This document shows, piece by piece, positions 10,621 through 24,170 of a stretch of DNA of 50,217 nt. Source of the stretch: Paraglomus brasilianum (Eukaryota); the NCBI GenBank assembly GCA_910592345.1, contig CAJVPI010000138.1, forward strand, positions 1 to 50,217. Reading direction: 5' to 3'. A model generated the notes under the pieces. It saw only the letters and a program-made list of their open reading frames with translations. It was not told the DNA's origin and did not search any database. The position numbers were made by a program, and so were the translations under genes. Position 1 is the stretch's first letter, and every line of letters starts with the position of its first letter.

Positions 10621-13609
10621 GGTGAGTGTCTGTATATGTCTATTTGATTGTAGTAGTGGGTAAGAAAGTATAAGTTTGTTCGGTTGATAATATTCTTTAC
10701 AGATTTCAAATCTTGCAATAATGGCCAAAATTTGCTCTCCTCTTATAACTTTAAAATTCCCTCGTGATTTTACCGCATGTGTTCATTACATCACACTTGG
10801 ACGAATATAGGATTTTTCATATGAAAATTGGAAGCACATGTAAAAGGATTGGGTGGTGGGAACAGGAGGTACGGGAATGTGAAACTCTCGCCCTTACGCT
10901 TGGCCATAATATAGTATTTAGATACAACCATAGGTTTGACAACAAGTGAGAAGGAGCACAATTACCATCCGAATGCGAGACATCGATTGAAGTAGGAGGC
11001 GCGGATGAAGCGTTTACCTCAGCTGAAGCTCCAAAGAGTAGGTAGGGGTTGGAAGATGACAATGGTGTGACTGTGTTATTAATTCATGCGTTTGTGGTGA
11101 ATGCAAAGTTGATTTTCACATTCTGTATCAGGCCTTTTTTTTTTTTACTATATTTAAATAATTTAAAATTATCGAATCGACGAGGGTTTATTATTATTAT
11201 GGATTAGCGTTATTAATTAAAGGTAACAAGTAAACAAAATCCAGGGACTTTCTCCTTTTATACTTGGTATATCACGTGATGAATATGCTTGCATACTATT
11301 AATATTAATACTAATATTAATACTAATATCAAAGCAGCAAATTGTCCTCGTCACATTATAGTCATTATCTCTCTCCTATTTTGCCTCAATACTAAAGTTG
11401 TTTTGAGTCTGTATTTGTGGTCATTAATATTAAATGACAAGCAATAGTAAAGGTTAGATTGGATCTTTACATTTTGCACAACTGTAACAATGCTATCGCT
11501 CTTGAAAATATAAATAGCAATAAAAGATTACATGGCCGGATATACTTAGTCCCACAGCCATCGATGAGTATAACCTATTCCTTGGTCACTCTGGTGCAAA
11601 ATTAATTTTCGTTATCTTTACTATTACTATTATCAATAATAACATTGTCATTTGTTTTATAATTTTTATAGTTTATATTTTTTTTGTCATCACTCCAACT
11701 TTGAACTGCCTCTCTGGCTTTTTCCAGCAACAGCCTTTCTTTTGCATGAATCAAATGTAATTTCGAAAATAGAAATTTTGGATCTACCGTTTTGATATCT
11801 TCTTCTGCATGTATTAAAAGTTTCTCGCGATAGGTACTAACTGAGTGACGATTGCGTCATCATTTCTTGTTATATCGATCCTTATTAAAAAGTAACTACT
11901 GCATAAATCTAATCAATTGGGTTTCGGATACTTTCCTGTAACATTCCCGGCCGCAAAACGTTTATCGTATTGAGGTCGTTTTTGGGAGAAGTTTTGTCCC
12001 AATAATTAACGCGTGGGGAATACTCCGTGGATCTTTTGACGACAAGATCAAGATTACCTTGCATCGTCATTTATACCAAGTTTATGAATAGTTTTAATTG
12101 AATTACTATATTTCGATCCATAATATCCAAAATCATAATAGTTTATTATTTGCTGGAGTTTTCAATGACATTATTCGAGTTTATAATGCATTAGCTGAGG
12201 TATTACTAAATAATTCATTCAAAAACATATTGTCATTCTCTTTTCCCGCTATTGCACGGGATAAATAGATACATGTATGTTCCAAAAAAGGGGTTAAAAA
12301 AGGCATAAACAAAGGAATGGAAGAATTATTCGGCTTATTCTGAAAGTAAATACTGAATTGTTTCGCCGATTTTTAGTTATAACTAAAGGCTTGTGGTTAA
12401 TTTTGTAGTTAATATTCATTGTAATTAGTATATTAGTTTTGGCAGATGATAAAATGAAGAGGTAATAATAATGCTAAATAACTCATATTAGATGTCGTTA
12501 GCCTTATGAATCAATAGTATAGAAAGTAGTGCTGCGGCAAAGTGTTACCATAACTAATATTACGGCTGGTGCACGTACTATGAAATCAAGCTTTAAATCA
12601 CGCGACTGCCGATTTTTTAAGCTATCAGCTTTCCTTCTCATAATTTGACAACATGGACATGGACTTGGTTATATTGATTTTAAAATACAAAACCGACAAT
12701 CCTAATGCCGACCATAAAGAAATAGTCCAAAAATACAAAAGTCTAAACAAGTTAAGCAATGCATTTTTATTGGGAGGATAGTTAAGTTATTATTATATGT
12801 AAACTCAATTCAAAAAACCGAGAAGCAGGGAATGCACTGCAGACATAGTGTGGAAATGCAATGTTGAAAGATCTATGTTATAATTATTTATTATTCCTGC
12901 ATTAGGTTCAGTGTCTCTCTCTGATCCAGACTGCATACTAATACAGAGGCTGTGGGAGCAATTTAGCTATACCCTGAGATTAGGTAAATACTTGCACTTA
13001 CTTATATCAAGGCCCTTTTTTCATATTATTGTGAATTCCATCTGAACTATTACTATCTTTCTTAGGAGGAATCAGTGGTACAACTTACTGGAAAGAGGCA
13101 TTTACAAACTTTGAAGGTGTTAATGTGAATAGTAACTTGACTTGCAAGAGACTGTACGCGGAGCATGGTATTCGATGGAATTAAGAGATTAAATAAAGGC
13201 AAAAACATCTAAATATTACTTGTGTTAATGCAGTAGGGTAGAATAAAAATAATACTACCATTTAATAACTTTATGGGTATTATAAAAGCGTTGTGCATGA
13301 TTTTTTTTTAGCATATTGACAGTATTTTTATGGAGGCATCATTGATCGCAGCTCGTTCATTGGTGTTATTTTGGTGGACTTTTATATTGAATAGAATTTT
13401 TAATTTGGCCGACCCTGCGAGAATGTCAATGTAGCTGAATTCCGGTCTGATTTCTGTTTATGCTTTTTAGTCTGATTGGTTTTTAAACGATTATATATGC
13501 TCAGTACAGACTTTGGTTCTTACTGTATACGGAGGTAAATGTAAATATAAGCGTTCTGCAGTACAAAATTACGTTCGTATTCCTTGTTTTTACTGTATAT
13601 AAAGGAAAT

Positions 13610-13701
13610 TTTACTAATGGGTCGGATCCGTTCTACGATAAAATGCTCGTTATAGGAGATTGTTCCTTTATAAAGGGTTATTTTATGGAGGTTAGAGTGT
13701 A
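13610..13701 (-). mobile_element. Solo terminus of a pogo/Tigger-like element
   Basis: Reverse complement TACACTCTAACCTCCATAAAATAAC resembles the terminus at 50078 (TACAGTCGAACCTCCATAAAAGAAC). Confidence 0.4.
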
Positions 13702-15715
13702 TAAACTGCGTTTATATAAGTAAATGTTAGATGCTTGGTTAATATTCAATCGAATTATATAATAATAATAAAAAGTGTGCAAATGAGTTCTGGTCTTCCC
13801 TTATTATTTGCAAGTGATGTTAGTGACTTATTAGTAGTTACCTTTACAAAGTCCTGTAAGAGAGAAGTTTAGCCTGGTACAGTATATATAGGAAGCGGAC
13901 GTCAAGTATCTAAGGTCTTGAGTGAGAAATTATTTCAAGGTTTTAAAGCGTTAGGAAACCGTAGAAATAGTGCCTAAGTTTGGTGTGGTGTAATAGACAA
14001 AACAAAAGGAAGCACGGAAATTAGAAAGCACCACAAGCCCAGAGACTTCTGTACAAAATAACGCCCTCATTTCCCGAATTAAGATAACATTATTGCTGAA
14101 CAAAGCAAGATATTAAATATCCCGGTTACGTAACCACAAAAAGGCGCATGCCAATCTCAAATAGTAAAACTATTAAATAACTAATGATTGGCTGTAATTT
14201 TCACGCAACTCGTGGAGCAAGAAAAGGCGAAACCAAAAACAAATAATTTATGTTCTCCTTTATTTCCCAAATACAAATTGAGAAAGGTGATGGCTTCCAA
14301 ATGTAGACTAAATTTGAGGTAAATTTTATAAAGAATTCGTGGGGCCGGATTTCCCTACAGTGAAACATAAAATAACGTGACATTTACATATGTGTGACAC
14401 ATTTCCTAATGCATGGTAAATTGTTTTGGCTGATTGGCAGAGAGACAAGATTCCATTTTATTGAAACAACATATTGATTTCCTTTTATGTTAATGGTACG
14501 ACAAGATTTGATATAATAAGAATCGGATATAAGAATCGGACTCGATAATATATTTAACTTAGTGAAGTGAGCAGTTAGATGTTTATTTCCGTATTAGAAT
14601 GTGGAAGGCAAATTGCAACTTACAATTGTAGTTTCCAACTCTAGCAATAATATAAAAGAGAATAGTGTCTCAATATTAAATTGATATGTCGATCTTTAAT
14701 ATAACCCCTGATTATGATCGCCAAGACTATCGAATCTACTGTTATCAGTTTAAGTTGAAACTGTTCATACTAAATACTAAATTTATTAGTCATTAAATGA
14801 CGCACATACAAAGTTATTCTCCTCTATACTAAAAGTTCAGTTTGGAAGACCCTCTTTACTTTAACACACAAAACTAGTTTCGTGTGATTTGGAACGAACA
14901 GTTCTAAATCATCATATAAATAAAACAATCATATTTTTAATTTTAAACATGGATAGAATAAAATAATTTGAATTTAATTAATTGGGTAGATGAAGAAAGC
15001 CTTCCAAATTCAACTTTTATAAGTAAATAGAAAGAAACAATAGAAGCGGGCCTGTTTACCAAAAATATACAGAAAAAGTAATAAGGGCAATGTGAGTATT
15101 TTTTTTATCGTTACAAGATTAAATTAACACATGACTCGTATTTCATGTACTCACAGTTTGTCTGCCTTACAGAAGGGGCCCTGCGCATTTTCCGCACGTA
15201 GCGCCAGAAACGGTTTTCTGGATTTTGACCTTGAATGGGCGTTTGCGATTCCATTGTAAAGGCCAGAATCCAAGAGATTGACGACGTTGTCTATTTACAT
15301 GCCCGCCGAGAACTCGTTCATTATTGAAATTTGTTAGGCTTGTGGAATGCTTTGTTGATAATCTCGTCGGTATCTTTTGTGTATACATTTTGACAAGATG
15401 TCAGTTTTAAGACTGACAATTCTCTCAATTACGCATTCCTTATTTATAAGTCTTCGGCCCTTGCATCACACAGCGTATCAGGCACGCAATTTTTTTTTTT
15501 TTTTATTAATGTTTGGGGGGCTTATCAACATCGTGCCGCAATTCCCAAATACGCTTAATAAGCACATATTCGTTCAATAGCGAAAATGCCTCTTGTGATC
15601 TTCCTAACCGTATGGTTTGAGTCATTTTTGCCGCAATAAATATAAACCACTCATTGACTAGGGGACCCTATTGACATTAATTATTAATAGCATCAATAGC
15701 TAATCTTATTTCAGG

Positions 15716-17081
15716 ATGCATGAAGGAGGAAAAAAGATAAAAATCAATGGAGATAGCGTAGATGATGCGCAGCGGGAAGAATGGATGCAGTAAGTTGAGA
15801 GAGAACAATACAACTGATAAGCCAAGAATTTCCTACAGGGTATACATGATCCAATGTGGTTTCTACATCTTTCACTCATTCTTGTCCCCCCTTTTTTATC
15901 TTTACCAATAATAGCCAACAACTAACACTGAAATCCCGTTTGATTGAGACCGATGATATTTCCTTCTCCACTGATAACGATTTCAGTGGATTACGCTATA
16001 TTGGTGGCGTTGATTTGAGTTTTGTGAAAGATAACAACAATGATGCAATCGCGTCCTTGGTGGTCCTTGCATATCCAGCCTTGGAGGTATGAGATTATTT
16101 CTAATTCCAAAATGAGAAAAAAGATAAAGGCTGTGACTGTTGAGATTGTGATAGTATGCATGCAGAATTGTTTTGGGAATACAGCTGTGCTCTTTTATTG
16201 TTTTAATGTACTCGTCGCTACTGTTATGCACGAGAACTAATCAAATGCTTTCCTCCCCCTTATCCTCACAACTCTATACTATCGTCCCCCCCTCCGGAAT
16301 AAAAGATCTTATACACCGACTATCAAAAGGTATCACTTGACCACCCCTACATTGCAGGTTTCCTGGCCTTCCGCGAAGTAGCTCCCCTTCTCTCTCTTAT
16401 AACATCCCTACAATCCAAACAACCCTCAATATTTCCCCAATTCATTATCGTCGATGGCAATGGTACACTCCATCCTCGTCAGTTTGGTCTCGCCTGCCAT
16501 CTCGGTGTGTTGGCCAACGTTCCAACAATAGGAGTAGGGAAAAACTTTCTGCAGATTGATGATGGTGTGGAACTAAGCATGTCACACGTGAAGAAAGTCA
16601 CCAGAGATGTGTTGAAGAAAGGCGGAGATGTCTATTATTTGAAAGGACAGTCAGGAACTGTCTATGGTGCGGTAAGCGATGCGGGGATTTAGAGGATGGT
16701 CAGAGTGGTTTTCCCGATCTGTAAACTGCCTGCTGGACTTTTTGCGTTCGAGTTCCCAACTAATGCAGTACCCTCGATGTGCAACAAATCGCATATATGA
16801 CATCGCTTAGTTAGATTGTATAATTTCCGGCATACTTATGACCAACAAATTGTTACTCTCTCTCCTCCTCCTTCCCAAATTAGGCCGTCCGTAGTTTGGA
16901 TACCACTACAAATCCAATATTCGTATCTGTTGGACATCGCATTAGTCTTGACACTGCAATAAGATTGGTACTAAGATGCTGCAAATATCGTATTCCCGAA
17001 CCGACACGGCAGGCTGATATTTGCTCACGAGAATTTATTAGAACACAAGGAGATCTCGAGAAGGGACAATCAAGCAGTTGA
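15716..17081 (+). CDS. ENDOV: Endonuclease V (inosine-specific nuclease), ~269 aa; exons 15716-15789, 15915-16086, 16306-16671, 16884-17081
   Basis: Motifs [51 protein letters not shown] and [10 protein letters not shown]. Three canonical GT-AG introns keep the frame. Confidence 0.93.
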
Positions 17082-18885
17082 TACAGCATTACCCAATCCG
17101 TGCACACAAGACAAGACTGCAGGCAATAAAAAGACCGTTGTTGTCAATTAGTACCAAAGACAATTGTATCAGACGATTCAACAGATATCGATTCTTGTTC
17201 TTTAATCCGCACATTTCCCCCATAGGAACGAGTAAAATCGCCATAAACAAGTAGCATTTCGATCAATCAAAATTCGTTTCCTACTGGAAGTTTGCTAAAT
17301 CCTATCGCGAAACTACACCAGCTTCGATAGTGATTGAGAGACATCCCAGAACCGTCAGTCAGACCGACCTTACATCCTTCCCTATACCGTGGGATTCTTT
17401 TTCCTAATAGCAAGCATAACTTGATATTTTGTTAGCGTAGATGTGTGTGCCACACGCCTTCAGACCTCAAAAAAGTCACTGCAAACTTGTCGCTACCTAT
17501 GCTTCTGTACATACAGTAATATCGTAATGAGAATACTATTTCCAACGACGATTCCATGATCAGTCGAATGTCGTAATCCAGTGATCATCATATGGAGCTG
17601 TCGTCTGATTGCTGTGTTTCTCAGGTTTTGCTATTTGAATATCAACATGCAGTAAGCACAACATCATCGAGCTCTCATTGTGATGTAGAAGTTGAATCTA
17701 GACAAATGGTGCTGCGCTCTTGTGGCAGAACGTTGGATATTCCATTGTAGGGAGTGCATATGGATTTTTTTCCTATACACATGTTGTGTAAGCAGACTTC
17801 TAACAAACCCAATAAGAAGACATCAATCGCAAACATGTAATTGTAGTTATATGCAAGCTGTATGACATCTGGAAATGCTTGCAAAATCTTATACGAGAAT
17901 TACGATCAAAGCATATATCTTAAAAGCACACAACCAACTTTCTTGGGTGTGCCAACCAATCGAAGATGGATGACGCGAGATCTATTTTCAACTTGATTGC
18001 CGCTCATTTAGATATGCTGTACAACGGAAGTTGCCTTGCCTGCGATCCGAGTATAAGAGTATATTTTGATATTATTATATTGACATTATTATGATTATAT
18101 AATCATTTCACTTGCATATTTCTCACGACATTTGTCTCAAGACAAACACATTTTCTATGCAGACAACTCGCACAAGACATTAAACACCGGAAAGATTGCG
18201 TGCTCCGATAATACAAGCCCTTCAAAGAATGCCTTTTTTTTTTTGAGGGAGCATAGCTAATTTAATCAACTCACTAGTTAAATCAACTTACCCTGACAGC
18301 CACTTTTTAAACTTTCCCTCCTACAAATCGAGAATATTTTACGGGTAGTCATTACTTTTGCGAAGGCCTCTAACGAACAAAATCAAAGCCAAGACGAATT
18401 GTTCGATATCGAACACACAATTACCGTCACACCATTTATGATTGTTGAACGCTTGTCTCTTCTGCGAATTAATCGCACGATAATCTGTTTGGAATTATTG
18501 GGCGTCGAACATGTAATTTCCAGGGGGGTTGATTATCAATGCATTCGCTCTTGTTTATGTGTATGAATTTAATCGTGCTATAAAATTATCGTCATCGTAC
18601 TGTAAATGTTTTTCAATTATGGATTACCTGATTTTGTAACGCCAGGCATAGAAACATTTATAATACACGAGATCAAATGTCATAAATGTTATAATCTTTT
18701 TAACTTGTCAGTAATATTGTACATTAGTTATTAAGGAAATAATAAATATCTAAAGAGTAACATTATTGGTGGGAATATAAAATCGTGTAACAGTCCGAAA
18801 CGACACAAGCACTGTTGTGTTGATAAATAATAACAATTCAAGCGACGTAGTCCTTTATTGTTTAACATTTGATTTCCACAGAGTA

Positions 18886-19130
18886 AGAATCTTGCATAAA
18901 GATTTGGTCTTATTTATTTAACGTAGATTATACATTGATATATTGCTTTTTATGTCGGATTTTGGGACATCTGAAAAATTGTTACAACGAAAGACTCATT
19001 CGGATCACCGAGGAACTCATGCATACCTTGATCCTAAATGCTTTGATGACAATGATAGTAAACGAGATGAGAAATCTGATATTTTTAGCCTTGGGATTAT
19101 TCTATGGAAAATATCCAGCAGATAATATCT
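18886..19130 (+). pseudogene. Tyrosine-kinase-like protein kinase fragment
   Basis: RILHKDL...SDFGTSEK...GTHAYLDPKCF...KSDIFSLGIILWKISS (subdomains VIb-IX). No N-lobe, and the frame is broken. Confidence 0.75.
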
Positions 19131-19330
19131 ATGCGGGGAAATCAAAGATATTTTCGACATTCGGATTTATTATTATAGGCTGATGTAAGTAAACTGGGTG
19201 TCTAACTACTAGTTTATTCGTCAACGAGTTTCTGCGCATCAGTTCTTATTGGTCCCCACTATGCATGAATGACGTTACTATAGCTAAATAAGCAAAATAA
19301 TGTGGTATGTAAACGCGATTATCAATACAT

Positions 19331-19425
19331 ATGAGCACGTTGGAAGTTGCCAAAAAACTTCTTGGCGATGCATACGAAACCACAAGACAACAAATTATAG
19401 ACTACTTTATAGGCAGCCCTGCAAG
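19331..19425 (+). pseudogene. Orphan paralogue of exon 1 of the gene at 30073
   Basis: MSTLEVAKKLLGDAYETTRQQIIDYFIGS versus MTTLKEKLEEIEAAKELLGDAYEATRQRVIDSFVGT; nucleotide similarity is also evident. Confidence 0.65.
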
Positions 19426-19739
19426 TAACAACCGTTGTGTAGGGGATATAGGATGCGATTCTGGCGTTGGGGACATAGAGTAAGGGACAAGTAACAAAGT
19501 GGGGAGACACGTTGTGTGCAATGATGCTGTACACTCTTCTCCCTGGAAATGACTATTGTTTTATCAACAGCACCATCAGTGATTATGCTAGGCACAAAAC
19601 GCACTCATGAAGCCTCGTTGTCTTTTCAGAATATCGTTTGCATAGGAGTGGAATGAAGATCCAATCAACCTTCTGCAAAGCCCGTCATCGTCAGGTAAAA
19701 CAACCCACAACAGCGATGGCTTTGATCAATTTTGGATTA

Positions 19740-19925
19740 CAGGTCAAACCTGTTTACACCGGCGCTGATTAAACCGGTTTCGGGTTTAACCAGCCGCCTC
19801 AAGACTACACCAAACTTTCATTAATTAGAAACTTTCTCTAGTTGAACAATTTTTTGAACCGGTCCTTAGCTAAACCGGCCAAGAATCGGCAAACCAGGTC
19901 CGCCGGTTTAAACAGGTTTGACCTG
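19740..19925. mobile_element. 186-bp MITE with TA target duplication
   Basis: TA|CAGGTCAAACCTGTTTACACCGGCG ... CGCCGGTTTAAACAGGTTTGACCTG|TA (25-bp TIR, 1 mismatch). Internal AAACCGG repeats. Confidence 0.85.
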
Positions 19926-20383
19926 TAGTCAGATTGGATATACTGCACGGATGCTAAATCACGATTACCCAGTAAGTTATATGTGTCAGCTAAAAGTAAT
20001 ATATAGTACGTGACGTGTTTCATCATATCATGGAATTATAAGCAGGAACTCAAGTTCGTGATCCGACATATCGGCAAGTAACGTACAAATACCAATAGCA
20101 AGTTCAGGGTCAAACGTAACAAATTAAAGCATTGAATTTTTTATTTCTTTTTTTTATATATGCGAGCGAATATATTAATTTGCTTTAGGGAATAAACTTC
20201 CGGAACGTTGGCAAGCGCCCATTTATCCTTATCGACAGATGTTTAAAATGTTCTAGTTAAAATAATGATGCAAACTATATATAATAATATTTTTTGGTCA
20301 TATAAGAATAGAATAGTCTATAACACGGGATACATAAATAGTCACGTATTTAATCGAACTTCTGGCACTATAATATTAGTAAC

Positions 20384-23300
20384 TTAGAAAATGTCTTCGT
20401 TAACGATATCCCATTTTGCAGGACTAGCCCCATCTATTCGCTCTTTTCCGACCCTCTCTCTCTCCTTCCAATATTCGAAATTGAATTTCCAATATCCTTC
20501 GTTAGTATCTGGTTCAGTATCACGCTCAAACCATCGTGGCTTCCATTCAGGTAACTGCCCAAGTTCCCGCGCACGTCGTTTGCTCCGCTGCTTCTCTTCA
20601 AGACGTACTTTTTCAGTGCTGGCAACATCGTATTGATTAGTCTCAAGCCCTCGCTGATCAGGTCGCAAACGAGAATCAGTTGGAGCCAACCATGGCTTTA
20701 GCGAGTCCGGGAGGTCATTTAAAGTGATAGCAAAAGGTGTAAGATTAAAAGGCATCGGTTCTTCAGGTAGTGGTGTCCGTTTCCATAATAAAACTATTTT
20801 GCCACGATAATGAGTTGGTAGATTACTTGTAGGTGATATCCCATCGACCACATGTGCGGAAGCTGCGGCGGCATCACTACCAAGATCATCCTCACTTTGT
20901 GAAGACCAATTACCACTTGGCCTTGCAAGTAACCGTTCATTCCATCGTCCAGCTATTTCCCAGACCTCTTGTCCTTGTGAATTTTTTACATGTCCTCTGA
21001 TCTCGAACGCATCTTTTCCTCGCCAGCCACGAGCTTTGAATGTCAACACACACACGTCTCCCGTAAGATGATTGGTGATTACCATATCTCCATAATGATC
21101 GATCCATGGTGTTCCGACAATTAAATTGTTCACGCAAGTAGTAACCTTTTTCCATGAATAGTGTTCCATAAAAGCAGCTGGATTGTCGCTCGCGTCTATT
21201 GGTGTTTGTTTAGCATCTGGCGGCATATATTCTTTAGGAACCTTTAGGCTTACATGCGATACTCCTTTCGGCATAATTTCGAATGACTTTCCCCAGAATT
21301 TTGATTTCACATCAACCTCTGCAAAAAATTCGTAATTTGGCGATTCGCAATAGCACGCACTTATGGGCTTTTTTCATAATTAAAGATAAAACAGTCAACA
21401 AGTTTTACATTGTTCAAAGGCAACAATCAGCGATAAAAAGACTCACCGGATGATGGCTGACTTGTTCAGACACGTATCGAAAAGCTTTGTCGGGTCGAAC
21501 ATATTCATAGGTCTCCCCCTAGAATCCCATCAGCAATTAGAAATAATGCACCAAGACTAGAGAGAATATACAGACAGCTTGTGATAGTCTAATTTACCAG
21601 CAAGGGATTAAATGGTTTAGCAATCCTTCCAACGGTGCTTGAATAATTGCTCATTGCAAATGCCGCAACATATAGAATTCTCTCAGTGCTGCCCTTCTGA
21701 CTTGCTGCAATATCAAGAAGTTCACTATATTCCATATCTTCGGCCATTCTCTGTAGCATGGACGTGGGCTCGTTGAAGTACACCGGTAATGTAATTTTAC
21801 TGAGATCCTTTCCTATAGAATTCTTCAAGATAGACCATAACGATACTTCTGGTCGTAGAGACTTCTGATCCAACGGAAGTCGTTCACGTATTTTTGGTGG
21901 ATATCCTGCATATGATGGTGCTATGTAAGGCTGTAGTACGCCGGACTTGTCTGTTGTAAGCGGGGTTATTAGCGCACGGGCCACTTCTGCAAGCTCCTCA
22001 TTTTCGGCATCCATCGCATCAAAAAATTCATCATCCGAATCATATCTCTCAGTCTCTCCGTATTGTATAACTTCGATAGACTCTAATACTTCGGTCATAA
22101 CCAGATCCGACTGGCTACCCCTATCAGTTATGTTTGACATATCTGCATGTGGCGATATTGGAGATACTGATCTCCCAGAATATGTTGCACGCATTTGTCG
22201 CTTTTTTCTTTTTTGCTCTAATATATTATCTTGGATAACCTGTTCCATCTGGACTTGTTCGATCGTCAGTGCTCGCATACTTTCTTCCCAGAGCCTTTTG
22301 GCCTCTAATTCATTCCCAACCTTTCGCTGCCAATATGAATCTCGATCTTCGCTCATACGTATTACATCTTCAACAAAAATGTGCAACTCGTTAAGTGATT
22401 TTTCAAACGTTTCAACAACAATCTTATTGTCCAATTGTGATAGTTCGTTAGCGGACATGACATTTATTAATGACCGCGAAAGCTGTTTTTGCAGATCTAT
22501 TTGTGCCCTCGCGGAACTAATGGACATTTGGTAATTCTCACCGTGTGGCAACTCGTCGGCTTCAATTGAATCGTCAGACGGCGATCTCGACCGCTCACGC
22601 TGAGATGAACTAGCATTCTCGGCTCGTTGTATGCTTCGACTTGAACGCGCACCATCATCTGCGACAGGGGAAATGCTTATTTCCTCGTTTAGACTCGGCC
22701 TTCTTGTATTATAACATTGCATAGATTGTTGCAAGGCCAAAATCCATTTCTTTGCTTCATTCGGGTGATTCGCACGCAGGTGATATCGTATCGAGCCTTT
22801 ACCAATTATGTCGAAACGTTGTCTGTCGGAAGAATCAGGGTTTATATGTGCTATTTTCATACTAATAGAACCACGACACGAGTTTCCAGCGTCGTCTTGA
22901 TTCTTGAAATACGATAGGATGCCTAATGAAAGAACAGTTTAGCGAGTGCTCCTTTTATATAGGGCCAGACATGGGAATGAAAATCAGGCGTTTAAGAAAA
23001 CTTACCATCTTCTAGTACAAACCATCTTGTCTTATATCCACCAGCATAATTGGTCCACTTGTGCAGGTAACCTTTCAGCTTTGGCTGCTGGTTTGGTAAA
23101 GTTATAGTGATAATACTAGTTTGATTCGTAGCTGTAAGAGAATGATGGCGTGTTCAGCAGCGATTACACATTGTAGTATTCAGATTCGGATGCGACTAAT
23201 AGCCTACCATCTTTTAAAATTGTTTTTATTCTATCATCTTTAGCGAGATCAAGAGCCAACTTTCCTTTCCTATCTCTTATCGACACGTCAGCCCCATGAT

Positions 23301-24170
23301 CCAGACAGAATTCTATCATTTCCAGATCTTTCTTTCGAACAGCTTCATGCAACAGAGTGGCACCAGTGCTTGAATCCTGATGATTGATATCTATCAAGGC
23401 TGCAGCTCGTGGGTCATGGAATAGATTCTGTAAAGCCTTAAAATTATTCTGTCCAACGAATTGTCGAAATAGGGCAGTAACGTGCTCTATATACTGTTTT
23501 CGATCAACTGGCAACTCAGTATTAGTTGAGATATAAAAAAATAGCCATGCTTGAGATCGACGTATAATTCAAAATCTCACCTCGCAAGATTTCAGCTACT
23601 TCTGGCGTTTTAGCAACGTCGATTGGTTGTTTTGCATCATTGTTCAGTATTGTATCGTTGATGTTCTTCCGTTTGAGTAATACTTCAACAACGTCTGTTC
23701 GTCCTGCTTTCGCAGCATAATGTAACGCTGTATTACCATATTGATCGCGCTGATTGATATCGATTATACTAGAAAAGTTATTCAGAATGAAATTGATCGT
23801 GGCTGTTGTAGCACATTGAGTAGCGAGCGTAAGAGGTGACGTTTGGAATGTTGACGCGGTTTCCTCTTTGGTGGATAGAAGGGTAGATAATAATGCTGTG
23901 TCACCTGGCGACATGCAAAGACGTTAGATCTCTTGACTAAGGCGTAGAGAATGTATTCGTCTAGACGTACCAGCTCGCAAAGCCTCAAGTAATTTGTACG
24001 TTCTTATAGATTCTTCCAACGCTATTCAAATGTTGAATGAGTTAGATATAAAGTGAAAGGTAAAAATTCCAACAAGAGCGCTGAATACCATTATGTGAAG
24101 TAGGCTTTGTTGTAATATTGGGTGACGACACAGTTCTTCTTGGACTATCGGTCGCAGATAACGTAGCCAT
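20384..24170 (-). CDS. Oxysterol-binding protein, Osh1/Osh2 type (ankyrin-PH-FFAT-ORD), ~1087 aa; exons 24170-24089, 24021-23971, 23904-23581, 23507-23208, 23131-23006, 22922-21598, 21518-21447, 21367-20384
   Basis: Ankyrin repeats ([18 protein letters not shown]), PH domain ([22 protein letters not shown]), FFAT motif (DEFFDAMD), ORD motifs ([43 protein letters not shown]). All GT-AG junctions are in frame. Confidence 0.93.

Noticed and set aside
11271..11280. ATCACGTGAT palindromes (also 45421, 49250)
   Set aside because: A common E-box-like word located in repeat DNA, with no linked gene to support a regulatory call.
11690..13150. Degraded coding-like stretches, including exon-like pieces at ~12906-13150
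   Set aside because: Multiple stops and no recognisable motif; cannot be assigned.
21947..22534. 195-aa plus-strand ORF
   Set aside because: Antisense shadow of the large OSH exon.
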